Below, one piece after another: positions 18,162-27,841 of a DNA stretch of 64,000 nt. The DNA comes from an uncultured Lachnospiraceae bacterium (GTDB lineage: Bacteria > Bacillota > Clostridia > Lachnospirales > CAG-274). The translations under genes and the position numbers were made by a program. The stretch's first letter is position 1. Each line of letters begins with the position of its first letter. The DNA is taken from assembly GCA_964531385.1 (NCBI GenBank), contig CAZHGC010000005.1, positions 4,953 to 68,952 of the forward strand, given 5' to 3'. Under the pieces are notes generated by a model. It was not told the DNA's origin. It worked only from the letters and a program-made list of their open reading frames with translations, and made no database searches.

Positions 18162-19766
18162 CTACATTGGAGCATTTATGCTATCTTGCTGAGAAACTGT
18201 TATTTCTTCGATGACTGCTGGATTATTTGTTACGGGAGCGGTTTCAACAGGAGTTTTTTTAGGTTGTTTTTTTGGAACTTCTGCTGCTTTTGTTGTTGTT
18301 TCTTTTGGTATGCTTGGAACAGCATTTGTTGTTGTTTCAACGGGAGTTTCGGTTGTTGTAGTTGATGTTGAATCTGTTGTAACTATTAAATTTCCGTTGC
18401 TGTCAACGTTTTTGTATACACTTTTTGCAAGATAGATTTTTTCGACGAATTTTCCATCTTGATATACATATTTGTATGTTTTATATGATTTTCCGTCGAA
18501 CACACTTTTAAAATCGAGAGTTCTACCTTTTGAGTGTTCTTCTTTTCCATAGATTGTTATAATAACCTGATTGCTTGTTAGAGCACTTTCTATATATATT
18601 GGTATTGAAAAATTATTTTTAAATTTAAAATCGATATAATTGCCGGCAAGAGTTGCATCGAAACCTCTTGGAACATAGCCAACGGTTAGGGAATGGTTTG
18701 CACGTTCAACAACTTCAAGTTCGGCACGCAAAACGGCATTGTACAATGTTGAGGAAACCTGACAAACTCCTCCGCCGTAATCTTCGGAAAGTTTTCCGTT
18801 TATATAAGCTCCTGCAAGTTTGTAGCCGTTTTTTGGTGTGCTTTCGCCAAAGCAGTCATTTGTTGAAAAAACTTCGCCGGGATAGAGAACTGTTCCGTTT
18901 AAACGAGAAGCGGCAACTCGCATGTTAATAACTCTACCCGAACTGCCGCTTCCTCTATAATTTGTTGAATATTTTCCTATTACATCGCCAATTTGCGAAA
19001 GCTGTTCAGACGTAACTTTCGCCTGAACGTCTTTCGCAGGGGCATCAACAACTTCTTTTGTTGGTGCATAAATAAGCGTTCCATCTCCTTGATTAATTTC
19101 GACAAACTCAACGACTATGTCAACTGCTCTGTCTAAATCCAATTCACGTCCTTTTGTTTCGGTTACAACAACAAATTGACCGTTTTCTTTTTTGATTGTT
19201 GCATTTTTGGGTTCGATATATACTTTATCTTTGAGTGTTTCAAGTTGAGTTCGAATTGTTTCTTTAACTTCATCGGACAGATGCCCGTCTTCGTTTAAGA
19301 AGTTTGCATCGAAAGAATAGGGCGAGCCTAATTTTAGAGTTTCATATTTTTCGTATCTTTCTTCGATGCTTAAATCGCTTTCACGTCCGTAGTTATAGGC
19401 TTGTTCAACAGCGGTTTCAAGGTCACACTTTATTCCGAGCTGTCCGTATGTAAAGTCGTAGATGTCATCATCAACAGCGAAGGAAATTTTGTTTTGAGAA
19501 AAAGGCTCTTGCAAATCTTTTTCGAGTTTTTTTAGGGCATCTTCTTTCTTTAAACCGCCAACATTTATATCGTTTACCAGTACATTTGGATAGATTGTAT
19601 CTGTATCAAGAGTGTCTCTCATTTCTTTTGTGTTAAAGTAGTTTATGGCAAAAACTATTGCAGCACCAACTATAACAATGCCTATAATAAGGGCAACGAT
19701 AATTTTGACAAGTTTGTTATTGTTTGAGGCTGCCGCAGAATTTCTGTTTGTGCGACTTTTTTTCAT
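18162..19766 (-). CDS. VanW-family protein with N-terminal membrane anchor and Thr/Pro-rich C-terminal tail
   Basis: VanW core ...YGGGVCQVSSTLYNAV...ANHS.... One TM helix near the N-terminus. Tail TTDSTSTTTTETPVETTT...PKKQPKKTP. GGAGGGA RBS. Confidence 0.85.
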   Translation of the reverse strand: MKKSRTNRNSAAASNNNKLVKIIVALIIGIVIVGAAIVFAINYFNTKEMRDTLDTDTIYPNVLVNDINVGGLKKEDALKKLEKDLQEPFSQNKISFAVDDDIYDFTYGQLGIKCDLETAVEQAYNYGRESDLSIEERYEKYETLKLGSPYSFDANFLNEDGHLSDEVKETIRTQLETLKDKVYIEPKNATIKKENGQFVVVTETKGRELDLDRAVDIVVEFVEINQGDGTLIYAPTKEVVDAPAKDVQAKVTSEQLSQIGDVIGKYSTNYRGSGSSGRVINMRVAASRLNGTVLYPGEVFSTNDCFGESTPKNGYKLAGAYINGKLSEDYGGGVCQVSSTLYNAVLRAELEVVERANHSLTVGYVPRGFDATLAGNYIDFKFKNNFSIPIYIESALTSNQVIITIYGKEEHSKGRTLDFKSVFDGKSYKTYKYVYQDGKFVEKIYLAKSVYKNVDSNGNLIVTTDSTSTTTTETPVETTTNAVPSIPKETTTKAAEVPKKQPKKTPVETAPVTNNPAVIEEITVSQQDSINAPM

Positions 19767-19889
19767 TTTTTTAATCCCTCCATGAAGAAATCTTTATTTA
19801 CAAGACATAAATTAATTATACAACAATAATAATAAAAAATCTACATTTTTTTTCATTATTCAAAATTTTTTTATTATAATTTTTATAAG

Positions 19890-20477
19890 TTATCGAGAAC
19901 TGCCTTCTTTTATGCCTTCGGCTTTAAAAACCGATTTTATTGTTAAAAAAAATATTTTTAAATCGAGCGAAAAACATATATTTTTTGCATATTCGCCATC
20001 GAACTTTGCTTTTTCTTTGATTTCGAGTTCATCTCTGCCGTTTATTTGTGCCAATCCGGTTAAACCGGGCAAGCAACTGTTTGCGGAAAGTTTTTCTCGT
20101 TCGGCTATGAGGTCATATTGATTCCAAAGGGCAGGTCTTGGACCGATTATGCTCATATCACCTTTTAAAATATTTAAAAGTTGTGGAAGTTCATCTATGC
20201 TTGTTTTTCTGAAAAATGCTCCGGACTTTGTTATATAACTTTGAGAGCCTTGCAAAAGATGAGTTGGAACATTTTTGGGTGTATCGTTTCGCATTGTTCT
20301 GAATTTATAAATAAAAAATTCTTTTTTTTCTTTTCCTATTCGTTTTTGTTTAAAAATTACCGGACCTTTTGATTCGCATTTTATGATGATTGCAACGATT
20401 AACATTGGAATTGCAAAAATTAAGAGGGCAAATAAGGACAGGAAAATATCAAGAAATCTTTTAATATATTTATACAT
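19890..20477 (-). CDS. Small monotopic phosphoglycosyl transferase (PglC/CapM-type undecaprenyl-phosphate sugar-1-phosphate transferase)
   Basis: 195 aa. RFLDIFLSL...PVIFKQKRIGK...FKFRTM...DELPQL...GDMSIIGPRP are the bacterial sugar transferase hallmarks. Confidence 0.9.
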   Translation of the reverse strand: MYKYIKRFLDIFLSLFALLIFAIPMLIVAIIIKCESKGPVIFKQKRIGKEKKEFFIYKFRTMRNDTPKNVPTHLLQGSQSYITKSGAFFRKTSIDELPQLLNILKGDMSIIGPRPALWNQYDLIAEREKLSANSCLPGLTGLAQINGRDELEIKEKAKFDGEYAKNICFSLDLKIFFLTIKSVFKAEGIKEGSSR

Positions 20478-20488
20478 AAAATCCCTCG

Positions 20489-22384
20489 CTATTTAAAATT
20501 TGGCAAAATTTCGTGTAAAATTTTATAGACCTCGGAAGGGGTGTTATGGGCGGCAAAATTTAATTTTTTTAACTGTTGTTGGAATATTGAATAATCAATT
20601 TCAACAGGTTTTGTAATAAAAATTTTATTGTGATATGTTACGGTTAAATTGTCTTTTTCTTCGTCCATAATGAGTTCTTCGTATAATTTTTCTCCCGGTC
20701 TTAAACCTGTATATATAATATCTATGTCTTTTCCCGGAATATATCCCGAAAGACGTATGAGATTTTTCGCCAAATCATTTATTTTTACAGGTTCGCCCAT
20801 ATCCAAAACAAAAATTCTTCCGCTCAAACCAATTCCGCCGGCTTGCAAAACAAGCCTTGCGGCTTCGGGAATTGTCATAAAATATCTGACAACTTCAGGG
20901 TCGGTTACTGTTACCGGACCGCCGTTTTCAATTTGTTTTTGGAAAATTGGAATTACACTTCCGTTGCTTCCGAGAACATTTCCGAAACGAACAGCCATAA
21001 ATTTTGTTTTGCTGATTTTTGCTATGTGCTGAATTAAAAGTTCGGTAATTCTTTTTGTTGCACCCATAACGTTTGTTGGATTTACCGCTTTATCGGTTGA
21101 AAGAAGAACAAATCTTTCAACATTGAATTTATCGGCAAATTCGGCAACGTTTAACGTTCCGAAAACGTTGTTTTTAACGGCTTCTTCGGGGCAATTTTCC
21201 ATTAGTGAAACATGTTTATGGGCTGCGGCATGGAAAACGGCGGCGGGCTTAAATTCGTTGAATATATTTTCAAGGCATTTTGTATCGGTTACGGAACCTA
21301 TTTTTATTATAAATTCGGTTAAAGGATATTTATCTTTTAATTCGTTATAAAGTTCGAAAGCTGAATTTTCGTATATGTCGAAAATTACAAGTTTTGAAGG
21401 ATTGAATTTTGCAATTTGGCGACAAAGCTCGGAACCTATTGAGCCACCGCCTCCTGTAACCAACACAGTTTTTTTGTTTAAATAACCGGATATATTTTTA
21501 ACATCGATATTTATTTCATCACGTGAAAGCAAATCGGCGATATTTATATCCATAATTGAGTTTGAAATTCCGGTTGAAATATCGCTTATTGGCTGTATTT
21601 TCTTTAAAGCACATTCTGTTTTTGTGCATTGGTCTATAATTCTTCTTAATTGAATATTTGTTGCTGTTGGAATTGCAATTATAATTTCATCGATATTATA
21701 GATTTTTGCAAGTTTTGGAATATCATCTGTTCCGCAAACAACACGTATTCCCTTTATATTTGTGTTGTTTTTTTCAATGTCATCGTCAACAACAATTACG
21801 GGCAATCGGTCTTCATACATTGGTTCGTTTTTCATAATACGTTTTATTACATCATTTCCTGAATTTCCCGCACCAATAATCATAACTCTTTTGTAGCCAA
21901 CTTTTCGGCTTATGAAATGACCGAGATATGTGAAAAATCTTTTGACAATTCTTCCACCAAATCTTGTTGAGATACAAAGGAAAATGTTTATAATTGCCGA
22001 AGTGAACAACATTCTTTTTGGCAAAATTAACAATTCTTTTTCTTCGAAAAGAATTGTATCAACGAAATACAACGCAATGAATATAATTGTGTTTGCGATT
22101 ATCACTTTAAAAACATCTTCTATAGCGGCATATTCCCATAATTGAGAGTAAAATTTAAAAAATCCGTAAACAATCCAACAAATTATTGGAGCAAGAATAG
22201 TCATACATAAATACCAAATCCAGGCAGAATCGGGAACGCTTATTCTGACTGCACCTGGAATGCTTCCGTCGAACCACATACCTATTCCCGCAAGTATTGA
22301 GAAATTTATGTATATGGCATCGAGAATAACATATAACACAGCTCGTCCGCCGTTTCTGCCGACGAAATCTTTAATATTACGCAT
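20489..22384 (-). CDS. Membrane-anchored UDP-HexNAc 4,6-dehydratase (CapD/PglF/WbpM family)
   Basis: 631 aa. N-terminal TM helices, then two Rossmann regions (IIGAGNSG; VTGGGGSIGSEL). Typical CapD length and architecture. Confidence 0.9.
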   Translation of the reverse strand: MRNIKDFVGRNGGRAVLYVILDAIYINFSILAGIGMWFDGSIPGAVRISVPDSAWIWYLCMTILAPIICWIVYGFFKFYSQLWEYAAIEDVFKVIIANTIIFIALYFVDTILFEEKELLILPKRMLFTSAIINIFLCISTRFGGRIVKRFFTYLGHFISRKVGYKRVMIIGAGNSGNDVIKRIMKNEPMYEDRLPVIVVDDDIEKNNTNIKGIRVVCGTDDIPKLAKIYNIDEIIIAIPTATNIQLRRIIDQCTKTECALKKIQPISDISTGISNSIMDINIADLLSRDEINIDVKNISGYLNKKTVLVTGGGGSIGSELCRQIAKFNPSKLVIFDIYENSAFELYNELKDKYPLTEFIIKIGSVTDTKCLENIFNEFKPAAVFHAAAHKHVSLMENCPEEAVKNNVFGTLNVAEFADKFNVERFVLLSTDKAVNPTNVMGATKRITELLIQHIAKISKTKFMAVRFGNVLGSNGSVIPIFQKQIENGGPVTVTDPEVVRYFMTIPEAARLVLQAGGIGLSGRIFVLDMGEPVKINDLAKNLIRLSGYIPGKDIDIIYTGLRPGEKLYEELIMDEEKDNLTVTYHNKIFITKPVEIDYSIFQQQLKKLNFAAHNTPSEVYKILHEILPNFK

Positions 22385-22406
22385 AACAATCCTCCGACAC
22401 TATACT

Positions 22407-24308
22407 TTATTTTTGACTTTGATATTCTGTTATGCAAAAACCAACTCCGAGCATAATCCAGAACATTGGTGCAACCGAAACAATGCTGTCGGTTGCAAAC
22501 ATTGAAATTAAATATCCGATAATTCCAACCAAAAACGCAAATTTGAGCGAAATAACAAGTCTATCTTTTTCTAAATCTTTGATAATACTTCGAATTGTTC
22601 TGATTACATAGGAGACGAACAAAACGAGCAATACAACCAATGATAAAAATCCTGTGTTTATAGCTGTTTGCAAATATAAATTATGCGGTTTGTCAACTAT
22701 GATGTATGGATTTCCGAGATAGTTCAATTTTTCACGAATTTCATATTGAGGAAACGCAAGCGAAAAACTATCCGGACCAATTCCGGCTATTATGCCTCTT
22801 ATGCCGTTTTGGAAAACAAGAGGTATGCTTCTTGACCAAATATATCCTCGTCCTGTTCCGAATGCTTCATTTCCTTTAAAACCAATTGCTGGTGCTTTTT
22901 GATTTAAATCGGCAACTTTATAATGTTTATCGGCAACGGCAAGGTGTCCGTCGTTTGATACACAAAAATAAATTGAAACCTTATCTTTTTTTACCGCTAA
23001 AATAGGTTGTGTATTTTTAATTTTAAATTCTGCAAATAATTCGTTGTGTTTTTCGCTTTTTAATTCAATTAAAGTTTGGTTGTTGTTTTTTAAAGTAGCT
23101 GCATATTCAATGTTTAATTGTCCTTTTTCATATGGAAGCAAAACTTTTTCTGTGTCATCGGAAATTTGCACAGCATTTTTTTCTTTATCATAATTTAAAT
23201 AAATTGAACCGTTTTTTGTTAAAATTTCAGCTTTATCATCTTGAAGCCAAAAATCTTTTAAATAATAGTTATTTTCTGCGTGTTTTATTCCAAGTACAAT
23301 TTCTATGTTTCTTGAAATTTTTTCCTTTATGGTTTTGTTGTTCAAAATAAAGAATGAGGAACCCATAATCGAAAGAATTGTTATTGTTAAAATTACTATC
23401 GAAAAAGCTTTTGAACATTCTTTATATTTTTTGTTTTTGATTATATAAATAATTCCTACAACAAAAGCGACAAAAAACGCAACGGTAACGGCAACAAAAC
23501 CGCCTTGTGATTTGCAACCCAAGAGGTTTAATGCCAAAACTATGCTTAAAATTAAAGAAATATATTTAACAGAAGCTTCAAACGGCTTTTTTGTTATGTT
23601 GTATGGCAAAGTTATTGCCAATATTGTTGTGAAAGGAAGGAACAACGCACAAAATGAACCGACACAGTTTGGATTATACAAAAGAGAGTAAACTTCTGTG
23701 AATTTAATTGTTAAAGGCGAACCGTTGTACATATCGCCGAGAACGTATTTTGCACCAAAATTTGTTTTAAAAATGTCCATTCCTAAAAATTGAAACAGTC
23801 CGATTCCTCCGATTACGAAAATTGAAGCGAATATTGTAATGATTATAAATTTGATGCAAAATTTATTTGTTGCATATCGGAAAGAGACAATCATTAACGC
23901 CATATATGAAAGCAGAACCCACAGACTTTCATATCTTTCGCTTATACCTTGCATTGCAATTTCTTTATATGGCGTTAAAATTGAAGAAAGTATGGCAAAA
24001 AAGCCAAAGGTTATACCGCAATAAAACACAGGGTGTTTAAAATCGTATTTTTTGAAACCTTTTTGGGGAACATACATAAGAAAAAGAATTGTCATAAGAA
24101 ATGTTAAACAGCATATGGAAATTGATTTGTAATATGAAAATACATCAAGAACTTGTCTGTTTGAACGAATTGCTTGTTCCGCTGAACTTACCTCAACGTA
24201 TGTTGCACTTATAAACAGGGGAACTATTGCCATAATTAAAAATATACATATACCAATGGTATAATCATACCAAGATTTCTCATTTTTCATTGTTAATTTA
24301 CGCTCCAT
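22407..24308 (-). CDS. O-antigen ligase-like (Wzy_C domain) polytopic membrane protein with a large extracytoplasmic insert
   Basis: 633 aa and more than 10 TM helices. A soluble segment of about 170 aa precedes the ...KPHNLYLQTAINTGFLSLV... motif characteristic of the WaaL/Wzy_C family. The start may instead be the ATG at 24290. Confidence 0.75.
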   Translation of the reverse strand: MERKLTMKNEKSWYDYTIGICIFLIMAIVPLFISATYVEVSSAEQAIRSNRQVLDVFSYYKSISICCLTFLMTILFLMYVPQKGFKKYDFKHPVFYCGITFGFFAILSSILTPYKEIAMQGISERYESLWVLLSYMALMIVSFRYATNKFCIKFIIITIFASIFVIGGIGLFQFLGMDIFKTNFGAKYVLGDMYNGSPLTIKFTEVYSLLYNPNCVGSFCALFLPFTTILAITLPYNITKKPFEASVKYISLILSIVLALNLLGCKSQGGFVAVTVAFFVAFVVGIIYIIKNKKYKECSKAFSIVILTITILSIMGSSFFILNNKTIKEKISRNIEIVLGIKHAENNYYLKDFWLQDDKAEILTKNGSIYLNYDKEKNAVQISDDTEKVLLPYEKGQLNIEYAATLKNNNQTLIELKSEKHNELFAEFKIKNTQPILAVKKDKVSIYFCVSNDGHLAVADKHYKVADLNQKAPAIGFKGNEAFGTGRGYIWSRSIPLVFQNGIRGIIAGIGPDSFSLAFPQYEIREKLNYLGNPYIIVDKPHNLYLQTAINTGFLSLVVLLVLFVSYVIRTIRSIIKDLEKDRLVISLKFAFLVGIIGYLISMFATDSIVSVAPMFWIMLGVGFCITEYQSQK

Positions 24309-24754
24309 TCTTAATTTTGGTGTTAATTTTGCAAATTTAGAAGATTTTGAAGAAAATTCAAAATATTATATCATAGTAAAAAATAGATAATTGTCAGACT
24401 ATTACGTTTGCTATGATTGATTAATCTAAAGATTTACAATGTAATATTAGGCTTTTTAAGCCATTAGCGACTGTTTTTAGCAACTTTACAAAAAAGTTTA
24501 TGTCGTTATTATATCATACAATAAAGAGTTAAACAACTTAAAAATAATTAAAATTTTTTTATTTAAGGATTAATGAAATGGCACGTAAATTTGTGAAATG
24601 TGTCTTGATAGAGATGCAGGAAATTTTATCTAAGATTGTGAAATTGTGATTGTATTATGCTGTGTAAAAAGATGCTACAAAACAAATGTTTTTTGAAATA
24701 TATCATAATTTAAATAAATTTCGAAAAAAAATTCGAAAATTGTTAAATTTAGTC

Positions 24755-24783
24755 TTGCAATTAAATTTGATTAATGCTATAAT
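24755..24783 (+). promoter_or_regulatory. Sigma-A-type promoter (TTGCAA - 17 nt - TATAAT)
   Basis: Near-consensus hexamers with a 17-nt spacer, 40 nt upstream of the 24823 ORF. Confidence 0.6.
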
Positions 24784-24822
24784 AAAATAAATCGAACATA
24801 AATTTGTGATAGGAGGGGCATT

Positions 24823-25131
24823 ATGAAAATTTATTCTTTACTTAAATTCTTAAAAAAATCGTGCTTTATTGGGAGCTTTCTCTTTTTCTTTAATTTTGCA
24901 TGGTGTACATTTTTTATGGTTGAATTCGATACTATGTTTTGGTTTACTTTTCCTGCAATTGTATATGTGTTCGTTTCATATTCGTTATATTGCATTGTGG
25001 AAAGCTTTAAAGAAGAGAACATTTTGCCGAAAAATAGAAGAAAAATTATTAATATTGACAATTATAGATATTGCAAGAAGAACGTTAGTTTTAGTGATTT
25101 TGAAGAGCTTGGAAATTCTTCCGTATCTTGA
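24823..25131 (+). CDS. Hypothetical small membrane protein (102 aa)
   Basis: Strong AGGAGGGG RBS 4 nt before the ATG, a consensus promoter upstream and two predicted TM helices. No recognisable family. Confidence 0.55.
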   Translation: MKIYSLLKFLKKSCFIGSFLFFFNFAWCTFFMVEFDTMFWFTFPAIVYVFVSYSLYCIVESFKEENILPKNRRKIINIDNYRYCKKNVSFSDFEELGNSSVS

Positions 25132-25382
25132 AAAAGTTTGGCAATTTATTTCGTATAATTTGTTTTGGGTTCTGTTCAAATGGGGTTTTATGTGTTATAA
25201 TAATGGTAATACCGAATAATTATAATTTTACCGTTTTGCTTGATAGTTCCGAATTGTTTTGTTAATTTTTTTGTGTTAGGCTGTTGTTATGGGTTTTTGA
25301 TAATTGGGAAATATCGTTTTGAACTTGTTTTATTAAATTTGCGGTATTGTTTATGAGAAATAATTTTTTGGGGGGAATGTCT

Positions 25383-26825
25383 ATGAACAATAAATACGAT
25401 GTAATAATAGTTGGTTCAGGTCCGACGGGAATATTTGCAAGTTATGAATTTACTTTAAAAGCACCAAATTTAAAAATTCTTTTGGTTGACAAAGGAAACG
25501 ATATTTATCACAGAAAATGTCCGATATTGGACGGGAAGCTTAAAATGTGTCCACATACAGATTTGAAAAAAGATTATGCCGCTTGTAGTCCGGCGTGTTC
25601 AATTACTGCGGGTTTTGGCGGAGCAGGGGCATACAGTGACGGAAAGTTTAATATAACTACCGAATTTGGTGGGTGGCTTTCAGATTATATTTCTGATGAA
25701 CATTTGTTGGAACTTATAAAATATGTTGACCGGATAAATTTGAAACATGGGGCGACAGAAACAATTACCGACCCAACAACAGAGGCGGTTAGGCTTATTG
25801 AAAAGAAGGTTTACGGAGCGGGGCTGAAGCTTCTTCGTGCAAATGTTCGTCATCTTGGAACAGAAAACAATCTTCAAATATTGAAGAATATATTCGAATA
25901 TTTGAAAGATAAAGTTGATATGGTTTTTAAAACAGAAGTTAAAGATGTTTTGGTTGAAAAAAACGATAATGATTTTGTTGTTTCGGGAATTGAACTTCAA
26001 AACGGAAAAAAAATTTTTGCGAAAAATGTAATTGTTGCACCAGGAAGAGACGGCTCGAAATGGCTTGTTGATGTGCTTAAAAAGCACGATTTGGAAGTTT
26101 ACAACAATCAAGTTGACGTTGGTGTTCGAGTTGAAACTTCTGATATAATAATGAGAGAGATAAACGAAAATTTGTATGAGGGTAAATTTTTGTTTAATTC
26201 ATCGGTTGGAACGCAAGTTAGGACATTTTGTAGCAATCCTTCGGGGCACGTTGTTATAGAAAATCATACCGGAATTATGGCGGCAAACGGTCATTCTTTC
26301 TATGATAAAAATTTGGGGTCTCAGAATACAAATTTTGCTCTTCTTGTTTCACATAAATTTTCGGAGCCTTTTAATAAACCGAACGAATATGCTATGGAAA
26401 TTTGTAAAAGAGCAAATGATTTGTCTAACGGAAGCGTTATTGTTCAAAAATTTGGCGATATAATTAAGGGAAGACGCTCTACGGAAAAAAGAATAAAAGA
26501 GGGGTTTGTTGTTCCAACGCTGAAAGAAGCAATTCCGGGGGATTTGGGGCTTGTTTTGCCTTATAACACTATGAAAAGTTTAATTGAAATGATTTATGCA
26601 CTTGACAAAGTTACACCGGGGATTGCCTCTGAACATACTTTGTTTTACGGAGTTGAGGCTAAATTTTATTCGGCTCGGCCGATGCTTTCGGAAAGGCTTG
26701 AAACAAAAATTAAAGGTCTGTTTTGCGGAGGAGACGGAGCGGGAATAACAAGAGGGCTTGCTCAAGCGGGTGCAGCTGGTGTTTTGGCGGCACGTTCGGT
26801 TATTGAAAATTTTGAAAATTTGTAA
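25383..26825 (+). CDS. FAD-dependent oxidoreductase (COG2509-like)
   Basis: YDVIIVGSGPTGIFAS dinucleotide-binding motif at the N-terminus and a C-terminal GGDGAGITRG motif. About 480 aa. ATG 25383 follows a GGGGGA RBS. Confidence 0.8.
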   Translation: MNNKYDVIIVGSGPTGIFASYEFTLKAPNLKILLVDKGNDIYHRKCPILDGKLKMCPHTDLKKDYAACSPACSITAGFGGAGAYSDGKFNITTEFGGWLSDYISDEHLLELIKYVDRINLKHGATETITDPTTEAVRLIEKKVYGAGLKLLRANVRHLGTENNLQILKNIFEYLKDKVDMVFKTEVKDVLVEKNDNDFVVSGIELQNGKKIFAKNVIVAPGRDGSKWLVDVLKKHDLEVYNNQVDVGVRVETSDIIMREINENLYEGKFLFNSSVGTQVRTFCSNPSGHVVIENHTGIMAANGHSFYDKNLGSQNTNFALLVSHKFSEPFNKPNEYAMEICKRANDLSNGSVIVQKFGDIIKGRRSTEKRIKEGFVVPTLKEAIPGDLGLVLPYNTMKSLIEMIYALDKVTPGIASEHTLFYGVEAKFYSARPMLSERLETKIKGLFCGGDGAGITRGLAQAGAAGVLAARSVIENFENL

Positions 26826-26874
26826 TGTTTGCGAAAAAAAGAGTTTTTTGTTATTTTATTTATTTATATTTTAA

Positions 26875-26903
26875 TTGAAAAAAACAGGTTAAAATGGTAT
26901 AAT
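26875..26903 (+). promoter_or_regulatory. Sigma-A-type promoter (TTGAAA - 17 nt - TGgTATAAT)
   Basis: Good -35, 17-nt spacer and an extended -10, about 120 nt upstream of the alarmone synthetase gene. Confidence 0.55.
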
Positions 26904-27023
26904 TGTTATGTGAAGCAATTTTAGGAAATGATAAGAATATTTTACACTTGAAAACATTATAAAATTTACTATGGAGAGCATATTTGAAATTGATTTTACA
27001 AACTTTGTTTATAGGGGGTTTTT

Positions 27024-27830
27024 ATGGAAATTATAAATTGGAAGGAAGTTTTGCTTCCTTATGAGCAAGTTGTTGATGAACTTATTGTTAAATTTAACAG
27101 CATAAAGAGAGAATATAAAATGAAAGGATTGCATTCGCCGATTGAACAAGTTGACGGAAGAGTTAAAGCTATTTCAAGCATTATCGATAAGGCGAGCAAA
27201 AGGAATATTCCTCTTGAAAATGTTTTTGAAAAGCTTGAAGATATTTCGGGTGTTAGAATTATTTGCAGATTTGTTGAAGATATTGACAGAGTTGTTGCAC
27301 TTATTCGTGAAAGAAACGGAAAAGATATGGAAGTTTTGGAAGAAGAGGACTATATCACAAACACGAAAAAAAGCGGATATCGAAGCTATCATATTACCAT
27401 AAATTATCCAATTATAACGGTTAATGGAAAAAAGAATATTAAAGCTGAAATTCAAATAAGAACTTTGGCGATGAACTTTTGGGCAACAATTGAACATTCG
27501 TTGAGATACAAATATAACGGGAATATGCCAGACGAGCTTAAAAAAAGACTTCAAGCCTGTGCGGAAGCTGCCTTTGTTTTGGATACGGAAATGACAACAA
27601 TTAGAGATGAACTTCTTGAAGCTCAAAAAATTGTTCAAACAAAAAATAATCTTGTTAATGAAATTATCAATAACATACATAATTTGTATTTTTATGCAAA
27701 AGTTGAAAAAATGAATGAATTTAATCAAAAGTTTATTGAGCTTTATCAAGAAGGAAACATCGATAAATTATTTGAATTTAACAGACAGCTTGAAGTTATG
27801 GCTCAACTTTACAAAGTTAAATATATTTAA
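27024..27830 (+). CDS. Small alarmone synthetase (RelQ/RelP-type GTP pyrophosphokinase) with C-terminal helical extension
   Basis: RelA/SpoT synthetase motifs: DISGVRIICRF, SGYRSYH, EIQIRTLAMNFWATIEH. 268 aa. Confidence 0.85.
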   Translation: MEIINWKEVLLPYEQVVDELIVKFNSIKREYKMKGLHSPIEQVDGRVKAISSIIDKASKRNIPLENVFEKLEDISGVRIICRFVEDIDRVVALIRERNGKDMEVLEEEDYITNTKKSGYRSYHITINYPIITVNGKKNIKAEIQIRTLAMNFWATIEHSLRYKYNGNMPDELKKRLQACAEAAFVLDTEMTTIRDELLEAQKIVQTKNNLVNEIINNIHNLYFYAKVEKMNEFNQKFIELYQEGNIDKLFEFNRQLEVMAQLYKVKYI

Positions 27831-27841
27831 GGTTTGATTTT

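Noticed and set aside
27174-27749. 191-aa minus-strand ORF
   Set aside because: Antisense to the alarmone synthetase gene, with no start context and F/N/I-rich composition.
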